NCBI GenBank assembly: GCA_000091205.1
Contig: AP006497.2
Origin: Cyanidioschyzon merolae
Lineage: Eukaryota
Length of the DNA: 64,000 bases
Reading direction: 5' to 3' (one strand)
Within the stretch, counting starts at the first letter, position 1. Each line of letters starts with the position of its first letter. This document shows, one piece after another, positions 54,135 through 64,000 of this stretch. Made by a program: the position numbers and the translations under genes. The notes beneath the pieces are model-generated. The model was not told where the DNA came from. It was given only the letters and a program-made list of their open reading frames with translations, and ran no database searches.

Positions 54135-55607
54135 ATGCCAGTCAAGCATTTGTCTCTTGAGGCTCGAAAGCGCAAGCCCGAGAAGCGGAGCGCTCTCTGG
54201 CACCAGAAACCGCTGCCACAGCAACTTGCCGGGGAAGTCCAACCGGTTCGTGCCAGACCACGTCGCAAGAGCCTTGACGGCGCTCAGCGCGAGGCACGCT
54301 CTCCAGGTCATTCGAGTTCCGACTCCGATGAACTTCGAGATGTTGAACAACTTAAGGGATCTTTGGCGTTCGATCTATTTCAAGGTGATTCAAGCCACAA
54401 CCGGGAAACTCGGGCGTTACAACTTGCGACGGAGCAACTACTTGAAACTGATTATGATCTGGACGAAGCGGCACTCGTGTGGGGAGCCACGGAACCTGGA
54501 CGCCCTAAACGTCGGCGCGCTTCCAGTAATTTAGGTGAGATCGAGTTCGAGTCAGACTTCTCAAAGTCTGAGGAGTCGTCGCTATCAGGGTCCAGTGACA
54601 CTTTTTCGGATTCTGCCGTTGAAGATAGTATTGTCCACTCAGAAGATTCCACTGCACTTCTACAAATGACGGAGGAAGAACGGGACGCGCTTAGATCATT
54701 TGAACTTTCGCGTGCTGATCCGTCTGCAACAATCAACTTGGCGGACTTGGTTGCAGCAAAGCTCCGTGAGGGCGCCGCCGCATCCCCTGGTGGCCTCCCC
54801 GGTGCTGGGAGCGCAACGGGCGCGCCAGAGAGCCAAAGTCGAGAGGCTAGATTTCGTCAACTTTACGAATCTGTAGGTGAAGTGATGCATCGATACAAAT
54901 CCGGCAAGGTTCCAAAAGCGTTCAAGCTCATGCCGGCTCTGAGGGACTGGTACGACGCGATGTGGCTGACCCGGCCAGAGCAATGGTCGCCTCAAGCTCT
55001 TTTCGTCGCTACGAAGGCATTCGCGTCGAACTTGGACCAAGCAGCAGCTCAAAAGTTTTATACCTCTGTTTTGCTGCCGAGGTGTCGCGAAGACATTTCT
55101 GCAAGAGGCAAATTGAATGTACACTTATTTCAAGCCTTGCGAAAAGCGACGTACAAACCGCAGGCTTTTTACAAGGGCCTAATCTTTCCATTGATCGATA
55201 ATGAGTGCTCACTACGAGAAGCAGCGGTTTTTGGTGCTGTCTTGAATCGTTGTCACATTCCGGCCCTACATTCGGCGGCTGCGTTACTCTATCTGTCCCA
55301 GAAGCCGTATTCTGGACCCGTCGCACTCTTTATTAGAGTGCTTTTAGACAAAAACTATGCGCTCCCCCGCCGCGTCATCGAAGCATTGTTGAAGCACTTC
55401 CTTCGGACTCGAGGGGACTGCCGCGATTACCCTGTACTCTGGCACCAGAGCCTGCTCGCCTTCGTGCAATACTTTAAGTCAGATCTTTCTGCAGCGCAGG
55501 TGGAGTCCCTTCGTTCGTTGCTTCGGGAAAAGCGGCACCATTCAATTACACCTGCGATTCACCACGAAATTCAGAGCATTGTCCAGCAGAGAGACGGGGA
55601 GATTTGA
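54135..55607 (+). CDS. Bystin/Enp1 (40S ribosomal subunit biogenesis factor)
   Basis: The C-terminal domain KVPKAFKLMPALRDWYDAMWLTRPEQW...FYKGLIFPLIDNECSLREAAVFGAVLNRCHIPALHSAAALLYLSQKPYSGPVALFIRVLLDKNYALPRRVIEALLKHFL is collinear with the conserved bystin domain. The start is placed at the MPVKHL methionine. The ORF extends upstream to 54060. Confidence 0.85.
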   Translation: MPVKHLSLEARKRKPEKRSALWHQKPLPQQLAGEVQPVRARPRRKSLDGAQREARSPGHSSSDSDELRDVEQLKGSLAFDLFQGDSSHNRETRALQLATEQLLETDYDLDEAALVWGATEPGRPKRRRASSNLGEIEFESDFSKSEESSLSGSSDTFSDSAVEDSIVHSEDSTALLQMTEEERDALRSFELSRADPSATINLADLVAAKLREGAAASPGGLPGAGSATGAPESQSREARFRQLYESVGEVMHRYKSGKVPKAFKLMPALRDWYDAMWLTRPEQWSPQALFVATKAFASNLDQAAAQKFYTSVLLPRCREDISARGKLNVHLFQALRKATYKPQAFYKGLIFPLIDNECSLREAAVFGAVLNRCHIPALHSAAALLYLSQKPYSGPVALFIRVLLDKNYALPRRVIEALLKHFLRTRGDCRDYPVLWHQSLLAFVQYFKSDLSAAQVESLRSLLREKRHHSITPAIHHEIQSIVQQRDGEI

Positions 55608-56392
55608 GCTGACCACAAGCGAAGAGCGAACTCACTCTGGCGTTGGCAGCTCGAGAAGCGTCTCCGAGAGTCAGCAGGTACGCCATCAGGCACGTGAGCT
55701 ACCGCGTTGCTGCTGTGACGAGTCGTCACTGCAAGCGCTTTATTCGACCGTGGTTCTGCTACATTTCAGATACACAAGCCCATGGCCTGCTCCAGATTAC
55801 CAATTCAAGCCCGAACGCGGACGGCAGCGTCTGCATATCCTGATGCGGCAACGTGCCAGGAACTCTAGATATTCGGACCCAAGCATGCCACCTGAAGTGG
55901 GAGCTTGCCTGGCACCATGCTAGAGAGCGCCGCATCTTCGGGAACAAATTCGCCTTGTTCCCGTGGCGACATGATTGCGCAGAGTGCGTACCACAATAAC
56001 GCTCGCGAGGACGGCTCTGCTGAGTGACCAGTGTACTGCTCGGAGACTGGTATTTGGCTCAATGTGCTTTGACAAGGAAATTCACACCGCTTGGAATGAA
56101 TTTGATGCGAGATGGCTCGCTGGAATGCGCGGTCTAACTCACGTGACTTTCTGAAAAATCGAGTCGTTCAAATAGGCTTGTATATGGCGAGAGCGCGAAT
56201 CGCGAACCAAGAATCTAGGCTTCTGTGTCGAGTTTCGTGTAAAAGATTCACTTACGCTGGATCGAGAGCCCACGATCCTCGCCTCACAAACGCGTACCGT
56301 TTCTCGGCGAGCGCCTCTCGTTCCGTCGCTTCGCTCTACATCCGAGGACGGTTGCCTGCGAGGTCTCGACGTCGCAAGCAGTGCTCTTTCAT

Positions 56393-57610
56393 TCATAAGT
56401 CGCGGAAATCCGTTGACGTTCGATGCATTTCCTCTATTGTCCACGATCGAATCTGCTTCAGAAACATGCTGGGCGAGTTTTCGTTCCTCCATAACTCATT
56501 TGACATTCCTAGCGAGCGTCCGGCCCACACGCGGTGCACAGGAGTAATCACTCGAGTTGCGGAGACGAGGAAAACCTCAGACCATTGCGCACGCTCCTCA
56601 ACTAGAGGAGGTTTCTCGAGTCGAAGTGGAACGTTGTGCGCTTCGCAGACCCTAAGGACTAGCTCCCGCATGTGACCGTGTAGTACGTCATTCACGGCAG
56701 TAGCAACATACCCCTCTTTGTAAATGAAAAAAATATTGCTCACAAGGCCTTCAAGAATGATCAGCGACGTAGATGCTCTCCGCACAATTACAAGCTCAAT
56801 AGAGTCGGCGTGTTCTCGAAGTTCCTCGCATCGCTTGCGATCACGAACCCAGCCACTGTACTTAATGCTAGGATTGGACCGTTCTATTCCTAAATGGAAC
56901 TCAACCTCCGCGTGCTTGGATACCACTTCGTGCTCTACTGTTGGTGGAGCAAGTTCAGAGCAGCGCACGAATACGGGTACAGTTTCATGCAGGTTACAAC
57001 ACGCTTTGGAATCGCTGGTTCTCGCGGAAAAGACTTTATTTCCATCGACGCATGGAATGTAGATAATAATCAGAGCCTCTGCCGCCTCGCCGTTTCCACC
57101 CTGTTTACGCTGATAGACGAGGGCCCACTGGTGAAGTGCAGTTCTTATACTATCCCTCAGTTTCTTGGTGGAAAAAAGGGAAAACCGACAGCTCGCGGCT
57201 TCTGTATCCTCTAAAAGGGGCTGTAGCGGTGCTCTGCCAGCGTCCTGAACCAAAGCTGCAAGCGTTCGCTGCAAGCGTTGAACGTGGAAAGCATAGCACA
57301 CAATGCTTCTGCCTCCGTTCACGGTACGCGCCGCAGTGTACGCACCCTGCGGGAGTTCGAGTAGAAACGCTGCCGGCGAATAACTGTGCAAAAGCTTCCA
57401 TACAACAGCGGCGTGCTCCGCGGGTTGCACACCAAGCTGCTCTAGTGCACTCTTGAGAACATAGACGGCTCCCGAGTCTGAAGTGGTCAGAGCGAGCGCG
57501 CTTGAGACTGCAACGCCGTTAATGACCAGTACCGTTGCGGACTCATCGAACGCCACCTCGCCCATTCGACAGACCCCCAGAGCTTTCGAAATAGTGAGTA
57601 GTGGCGACAC
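56393..57610 (-). CDS. Fold-type IV PLP-dependent aminotransferase-like (aminodeoxychorismate lyase / D-aminotransferase / BCAT family), N-terminally extended
   Basis: The C-terminal region SNIFFIYKEGYVATAVNDVLHGHMRELVLRVCEAHNVPLRLEKPPLVEERAQWSEVFLVSATRVITPV matches the class IV aminotransferase pattern (N.F......TP...L.G..R......E...aDE.Fl....G..PV). Confidence 0.6.
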   Translation of the reverse strand: MSPLLTISKALGVCRMGEVAFDESATVLVINGVAVSSALALTTSDSGAVYVLKSALEQLGVQPAEHAAVVWKLLHSYSPAAFLLELPQGAYTAARTVNGGRSIVCYAFHVQRLQRTLAALVQDAGRAPLQPLLEDTEAASCRFSLFSTKKLRDSIRTALHQWALVYQRKQGGNGEAAEALIIIYIPCVDGNKVFSARTSDSKACCNLHETVPVFVRCSELAPPTVEHEVVSKHAEVEFHLGIERSNPSIKYSGWVRDRKRCEELREHADSIELVIVRRASTSLIILEGLVSNIFFIYKEGYVATAVNDVLHGHMRELVLRVCEAHNVPLRLEKPPLVEERAQWSEVFLVSATRVITPVHRVWAGRSLGMSNELWRNENSPSMFLKQIRSWTIEEMHRTSTDFRDL

Positions 57611-60600
57611 CTATTTAATCTCAGAATAAGTTTCCGCCATATCGTCAACAGACAAGAAGATAAACTGGGTCTAGTGCATCGCATGTACCGAAAATGGGGC
57701 GTCCCGTTTCAGACTTTCAATTCAATTCTATTCCACCTTTGCTGCGATTTATTGGAGGAGGTCAAAATCGCTTTGCAATGTATATATCCTAGACGAATTG
57801 CTTGCAGGACGCATTCATTACTGTGCAGTGCAAGGAGGACAGCTTCCTTCTTCAGGCCAGTCATAACACAGCACTCAGATGCTTGCGGAACATTGAAAGA
57901 AACAAGTATATGCGCTGCGCATCAAAAACCGGTATTCTCAAAGAGTGCTTGCGATCGATTGTAGAAAACGGCCTGTTTATCACCTTACGGGAAGCAAAAG
58001 CAACGATAGCAGCCATCATGAGCGCCTCTCTTTCTCAACAGCTTGTTCATGTGGTCCTAAAAACATTCGGATACAGTCGAAGAAAACGAGACTTAGTTCA
58101 CGCACGAGAGTCTTCTACCGAAATCGCAACGACTGTGTTCCTGGAACCTCGAGGTCGATGTGAAGCACCAGGACGTTGGTTTGTTTTTCTGACAGTCGAA
58201 GAGACTTGCGTCGGAGGAAAAGGTCGGAGCGTGTGCGGGTTTTTGCGGTTCAGGGAGCTCGTTATCTGCACGATGGAACTCGAAGAGATCGAGGATATCA
58301 TCATAGGCTCTTACTGCAGTAGATTCATTCTGCGGCATAAGTTTCGCTGGTACAGAAGGCTCACATAATAGCAACAACCATCTCATCGAATCATTGAAGA
58401 TTTTTCCCTGACGCTTGGCGGCTTCTGTCCATTGGACAACATGCATTTCATCAAGTCATTTGCGTTCGAGCTTTTCCGATTTCATCGACATAGAGATGCT
58501 TTCCATACCCCCGTACGCTCCTTGGTTGAAACCAATCCAAGGAGCGTTTTCTGTTGTAAAAAGTAATGATAGCTCCGCTGGGCGGATCGTTGATGCCTTC
58601 AGCTCACAGTAACACACCGGGGCACATATCGTCTTTCTTCCGCAAGTGCTCCTTCCTCCGGGAAGGTCATCATCTGAGGCTATTCAGAATTGCGTTCATT
58701 TTAAAAAAAATAAATGGATGAGCCTGTGTGTACGTTTCAGAGGTTCAATATGGAATGAAGGCGGCGAAGCGTATCCTCGACAGAAAAGCAGAGAGAGCTG
58801 ACAGAGCAGCAAATGGCACAGAGGGCACGGGTCCGTGATCTCCTTTCATTGATGAGTTTATGCAGCGGCAAGAAACGCGTCGAGATCGTGAACGCAGACT
58901 TTGACTCTGCTATCAACATCAGAAGATGTGCATTGATGAAAACGAGACCCGCAGAGCTGACGCGATCCAACGATGTAGGGGAGCTTCTAAAAGCCGAAGT
59001 GTACAAGCAGAAACTGAAGCCGATACCAGGGGCCAGTCAAAAAACGCTGGGAGGCGCTTTGAGTGGATACTAATTTACCCTCAGTGGTCGCGAAACTTTT
59101 TTTCTTGTACTGACATGTCGTCTATTAACGAAGTTTTCCGTAAAGCACGGATGGATACCGATTTCGCAGGGCTCTATCTTTTGCATGCGAGTCTGATCTC
59201 CTCTGCTTCATACGTGTCAGCGTCAAAATAGAACACTGAACAGCTCGCTCTTATCTCGCTTCTCGAATTTTTCCCGAACTTTGCTATGTGCACAGCATCG
59301 AAAGTCGAAGCACATCAAGAAATACTTTCAGTCTCTCACGTAGGTTTAGAATGCTCTATTGTCATTTCAGAGTGGTTCCTGCCAAACCTAGGTACTGGAA
59401 CACGTTATGCCATCCTCATTGATATGGGCAGTGGCGCACTTGAACAAGCGCCCGTAAAATAACCTATGTCATTATCCAGTTCATACGTTCAAGCTTCCTC
59501 TCTTCTCCTTCCCCAGCTTTATGATGCTCAAATCACGCGTTCTCCACGTTTTCATTCTTTTTGTTTGAATGCAACTCATAGATGCTGCTAGATGCGCCCT
59601 CTATTGAGGACGAGAAGAACCCGACGCTTTCCCTTGACGGCTTGTTCGCAAGCTCATTCTCATAGATCATGGAACTTGTTATTCCAAATAATCGATTTCA
59701 TGTAGAAGACAAATCCTCTTTTCTTTGTGACCGTCGATGCGGGAGCATTCGTCATCAGAGTGATTTCTCTCTCTGGATACTCTCCATGGTTCCCATCTCT
59801 TCTGTTTGCATGTAGATGCTTCTTGGACTCGGACTTGAGTCATCGCAGTGATCGCTTCCAGTAGAAATTGAGTCATCACTATACAGGAAAGGGACTTAAA
59901 CGGATCAAAATCTCTCTACTTGTTCTCCAGAGTGGAGCCCCCGTTACTTTGCTCGCCATGGACAACGTCACGGTCCACACAGACTGTATCGAACGAAGCA
60001 GCATGCGCCCGCGCATGCGACGGGTAAAGTGCTCGCCTTTGAGATCCCGAAGAACAAGCCCGTGATCGTGGGAGACTCCACCGGCCATGCTAGCCAAAGA
60101 GCGCATCGAGGGAAGCCTTCTTCAGCAGTCAAGCGCGTACGCCGAGCGATGAAGCAAACTTTTTCGTGCCGCAGGGCGGCCTTCGGAGCTGGAATTGTGG
60201 CAGACATACATGAACATCCGACCCCGACCATGTTTCACCGCTTCGAAGGGCGCGCCGACGCAGTTCACAAAGAAGCAGAAAATTGGCAAGCGAAGCGCAA
60301 ATCGCTGCCACAGGCCGCGGGCACATATCATCGACAACGGTCGGGAGCTGCTGAATCTGGACTTGAACGTCGCAATCAGCATCCTTTGGCTGGTCAAAAC
60401 GGAGCTGGAAGGACACAGGAGACAGATGTATAGAAAGCCGGAGTAAAGATAGAGGAAAAGGAAGCAGTCGCGGTGTGAGCTCTGCAAGCTGCTCTTGACG
60501 ACAGTGGGAAGAGATCTGAACTTTATCTTGTACTTACGAGTCAAGTCAGTTGTCAACTTCCGTATTATTTTGATGTTGGTGTAGCGGAATAACGAGGGTA

Positions 60601-61197
60601 CTCGATCCTGAGCGTTTCCGCCTCGCAACGGTTCAAATGTGGTTCCAACACGGCTCTCAGAAAAGAGGGCGTCTCCAACGAAACCGAGGACGCAAGGAAA
60701 TTCCGGATTTTTCTCCATACCGCAAAGGCATTCGAGCGTGCATCGGGCATGCATCCTCACTGTAATGTGATGCGCCTACGTTCTTTGATCGGGGGCTCCT
60801 GCAGGCCTCCGGAGCACTAGCTGCACTCGAACCAGAACTGCTATTTCCATGGTCCAAAAATTTCCAGTTTCCTCTACGAGCCCCATATATACGTATTCCG
60901 AGATCGTTTACGATGTACGCACAGCGCGGACCTCATCGCTGTATACAGAGGAGGCGCTGCGACCATACGTCCCGCACCGTAACCCCAAATCAAGCATCCA
61001 GCCGGAAACGCCGCCTTGAAAGCCAGCCCGGGGAAGAAAGATCTATCAGATCCCGCCTCGCGCACGTTGATCGCATCCGAAGCCACCTACAGGACGCTTC
61101 CGTTGACAACACATCGGCGTGCATAGTCCTTGTACAGCTTATTCTGTAAATGTCCAGTATTTTCACGTCATCGGCTTGATTGCGAGTCTATGTTCTG

Positions 61198-61245
61198 AGG
61201 CTGCGGCGGCTGCGGCGGCTGCGGCGGCTGCGGTGGCTGCGGAAG
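61198..61245. repeat. 9-bp tandem repeat (CTGCGGCGG)x5
   Basis: The tract gaggctgcggcggctgcggcggctgcggcggctgcggtggctgcggaagc was read directly, ~120 bp upstream of the probable VDAC start. Confidence 0.95.
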
Positions 61246-61365
61246 CATCTTTCAGGTGCCAATTGGCGCGCACTCGGCAGGAATCGACAACGAAGTATCG
61301 GATTTAAAAGCAGTTGTCTTCAAAAAAGAGCGGGGAAACAAGTTCGGGCGTGACCATTTCAAGAT

Positions 61366-62284
61366 CATGGTGATCAAGCTATTCTCAAAGCTTGGAGAGA
61401 ACTCGAAGAAGATTTTGAACGATGATTTTGTTTTCCAGCCGAAACTCACTGTGAAAAGCACGACACAGAACGGTGTAACGTACTCTGTGAACGGTGTGCA
61501 GACGCCGAACGGAAACATTGAGGCGGACTTTGGGACGAAATTCAAATTAGAGCCTGCGAACCTCGGATCCATTATATCCGGTGGTGCTGCAACAAACACA
61601 ATCTCTCTGAAGCTTTTCACCACCGGTGCAGTGAGTGCAGAAACCGTGCTCGACGACGTTGCAAATGTCAGCGGTCTGAAGGCGACCCTGTCGGGCACCG
61701 TGCGTGACGCTTCCAACTTTGTCGCTCTCACTTCCGAGTACGTCGGGCACATACTTGCGATTTCAGCTGGTGTCAATGTGTTCGGTACCACGGCGGCGAC
61801 GAGTTCAGGTGACACATCGTCACCGAGCACTGCGCTTTTCAACGGCTCCCTTGTTTTGGGCGCTGAAGGCATATATGTCGGCGGCGAGCTCGAGTACAAT
61901 GCGAGCAATGCAGCCATAAGCAAATACAATGCGGCGATCAGTTACTGCGATAAGGGTGAGAGCGAGCTGCTTCTTGCCCTCACGGACAAAGCTCAGTGTA
62001 TTCGTGCTTGCTATGCTCACGCTATTTCAAAAAGATTGAGCGTCGCCGCAGAAATCAGCTATAGAAGAGCGACGGATGCCAGGCTTTTGACTGTAGGATT
62101 CAAATACGGAATTGACGAGCTTTCATCGGTCAAAGCTAAGGTAGATTCTGCAGGCGAACTTTGTATGGCCTACATCCAAGAAATTCGGCCGAGGACGACT
62201 TTAGTGCTTGCCTCCAGATTGAACGTGAACCAGTTGGACAAAGGAGGCCATCGGGTCGGGTTGTCTTTGACATACGATGCCTAG
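61366..62284 (+). CDS. Mitochondrial outer-membrane porin (VDAC)
   Basis: The C-terminus TLVLASRLNVNQLDKGGHRVGLSLTYDA parallels the VDAC end [27 protein letters not shown]. The N-terminal FSKLGENSKKILNDDFVFQPKLTVKSTTQNG parallels VDAC [30 protein letters not shown]. The protein is ~306 aa with an alternating beta-strand pattern. The ORF extends upstream to 61256. Confidence 0.75.
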
Positions 62285-62366
62285 GTCTGCTGTTGTTGCC
62301 GCTTCTGGCTAATTTGCGGTTCGTAAGCCGTCTTTAAGCGACTTAATCCGATACAGGACGGTCCAG

Positions 62367-63164
62367 TTGGCAAATCATGGTCAACAGAGCTTTTCGAAAG
62401 AATTGGTAAAGTTTTGCGTGGGCATCTCTGATTTTTCGCCAAGCGAAACACGTACAGCGAGCAAATACCGATCGTCGAACGGAGTATATTTGACCTTTAG
62501 ACTTCATCTGGGAACGCACAAGAGCTGGACGCTTTTGCGGGTGTTTGATGGAGGCGCTGTTTTGCAAGCCGCGGAGAGTTATGCTCTTGTGGTTACCGAG
62601 TCATTTTCCTCTTCGGGCCGTAAAGTCAATTTGCGGACAAGAATGGGAACGCACTCCCTTAATACATCGAAGAACTTTTGCACTTTCTGCAGGTATGCAT
62701 CTAGAGCTTTGGAGAGACCTTTGTTGGGGCTTCGGGCGTTTGGTGGATCGGTCGTGGCACGTATATTTTGCTTTTATCTTTTTTGGAACACCGAACGCTG
62801 TCCAACCTTTGGAACGAACTGCTTTTACAGCACGATATGTTTCGTTCGTATTGAAATTGCATATCTCCAAGGAAGCATAGCCCCATCTATTGTTGGACTA
62901 AAAATGCACAGAAATATTGCTCAAATTTTGTTGCGTAGAATAAGAGAATCTGATGGGATGCATCCGGGATCGCCACGGCTGCCGTTTATAGACTCTCGAG
63001 ACAAAAATCAAGCCCATGGTTTCTGGGGAAAAAGCCAGCATTTTAGCGAAAATTCCTCGCAAGACGAGAACCGAAAAATCTCTGCAGGATACGCACCTCC
63101 TGAGTGTGCTAGGCATCTGCTCAATAAAGCTCTTGGACAAATCCTATCCTGGATGCGCACCTGA
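62367..63164 (+). CDS. Hypothetical ORF (265 aa), no recognisable domain
   Basis: The only support is an open frame in a moderately GC region, with no motif support. Confidence 0.2.
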   Translation: MANHGQQSFSKELVKFCVGISDFSPSETRTASKYRSSNGVYLTFRLHLGTHKSWTLLRVFDGGAVLQAAESYALVVTESFSSSGRKVNLRTRMGTHSLNTSKNFCTFCRYASRALERPLLGLRAFGGSVVARIFCFYLFWNTERCPTFGTNCFYSTICFVRIEIAYLQGSIAPSIVGLKMHRNIAQILLRRIRESDGMHPGSPRLPFIDSRDKNQAHGFWGKSQHFSENSSQDENRKISAGYAPPECARHLLNKALGQILSWMRT

Positions 63165-64000
63165 GAGCTCTTTGCAGCGAATTCAGGAGATCAAACAAGC
63201 AATTCACTAATTCTGGAATTTTTGCACCATACCAAGTCTCGATGTGTCGCAGGAGTGCAAACGCTTGGACAACATCAGAGTAAACTCGGATGTCCTATTC
63301 TACATAGTTTTGCATACCCGAAACATTGATCATCCATGCTGCCAATCGTTGGATGATGCCAGCGATCAACGAACTCTGACGTACAACGCGTGCGCGCAAC
63401 ACGCGAAGGGCGTTTGTCGGCCGATACGAACGTTTCCGAAATGGCAAAATTTAGGTGGCACCTCGGGCAATCTGAATAAATATGCACGAGACTTGTCGCC
63501 TTTTGCTTTTAGAAGGCTGCGCTGACGGCCTCTACTGGTGCCACGTGACTTGCAGTGCAATGCCGGGCACCAAAGCGAAAATATGCATTCCAGTGTTCGC
63601 TGGAGCATACGGAAGTGAAATTTGCAGATTTGAGCGAGCGTTTCCTTGAGACCTGCACGAACTCTGCAAATTTGACGCAGGCAACTTGAAGAATGGATAC
63701 AGCGCGGCCTACCGCGATATCTCTTTGCAACCATAATAGGATAAAAAGGAAAGAGTCTACTTGCGTAACTCACACAGGTGTTCTAAAGACTGTGTCTCTT
63801 CACATTGCCATCAACATTAGCGGGTTTTGGCTTTTTCTTTGACTGTGTCCCTAATTTCTCCCCTCTTTCCGGTATTGAATTCGCCGGATGCTCATTGGCC
63901 ACCAGCCCTTTTGTCAGAAGTCGAAGGACGCAAATGACAGAGTTCATGTCCCGATCTCGCTGCTCCCTGCTGTTTTTGACGACTTTCCTGCACAGACGCA

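Noticed and set aside
1-64000. A prokaryotic reading of the window (operons, defence island, CRISPR)
   Set aside because: A canonical spliceosomal intron is present in LeuD. Hallmark eukaryote-only proteins are present (ERCC6, LSD1-SWIRM, bystin, DDX54, VDAC, PDK1-like kinase). Intergenic gaps are long, strands are mixed, and microsatellites are present. Taken together these rule out a bacterial locus.

Overview
The sequence is GC-rich, intron-poor eukaryotic nuclear DNA, not a prokaryotic island. A canonical GTAAGT...TAG spliceosomal intron interrupts the LeuD gene. Several proteins are eukaryote-specific: an ERCC6/CSB SNF2 ATPase, an LSD1-like SWIRM amine oxidase, bystin, a DDX54/Dbp10 DEAD-box helicase, VDAC and a PDK1-like kinase. 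Bacterial-type, probably organelle-targeted genes also occur: FtsZ, a stand-alone LeuD, a stand-alone HisF, a bacterial-type ThrRS and an ArnT-like GT83 glycosyltransferase. This mix points to a plastid-bearing protist or alga, though lineage cannot be fixed from sequence alone. About 22 protein-coding genes can be supported. Most are single long ORFs with N-terminal presequences. I see no CRISPR array, operon or defence system. The most unusual structures are listed here. (1) A 2.17 kb non-coding direct repeat is present in two ~98-99% identical copies 13.8 kb apart, and each copy begins exactly at the stop codon of an upstream ORF. (2) A 1.47 kb element has essentially perfect ~530 bp inverted-repeat arms around a ~400 bp spacer, lying in the promoter region of an ABC transporter. 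(3) A PDK1-like kinase carries a DUF547 domain where PDK1 normally has its PH domain. (4) A 26-bp tandem repeat (about 3.5 units, each with an ATG) sits in the ~220 bp divergent promoter between HisF and ThrRS. (5) A (GGAT)n(GGTT)n microsatellite lies upstream of the H+-PPase gene. Gene starts are uncertain for several genes because of presequences or possible upstream exons.
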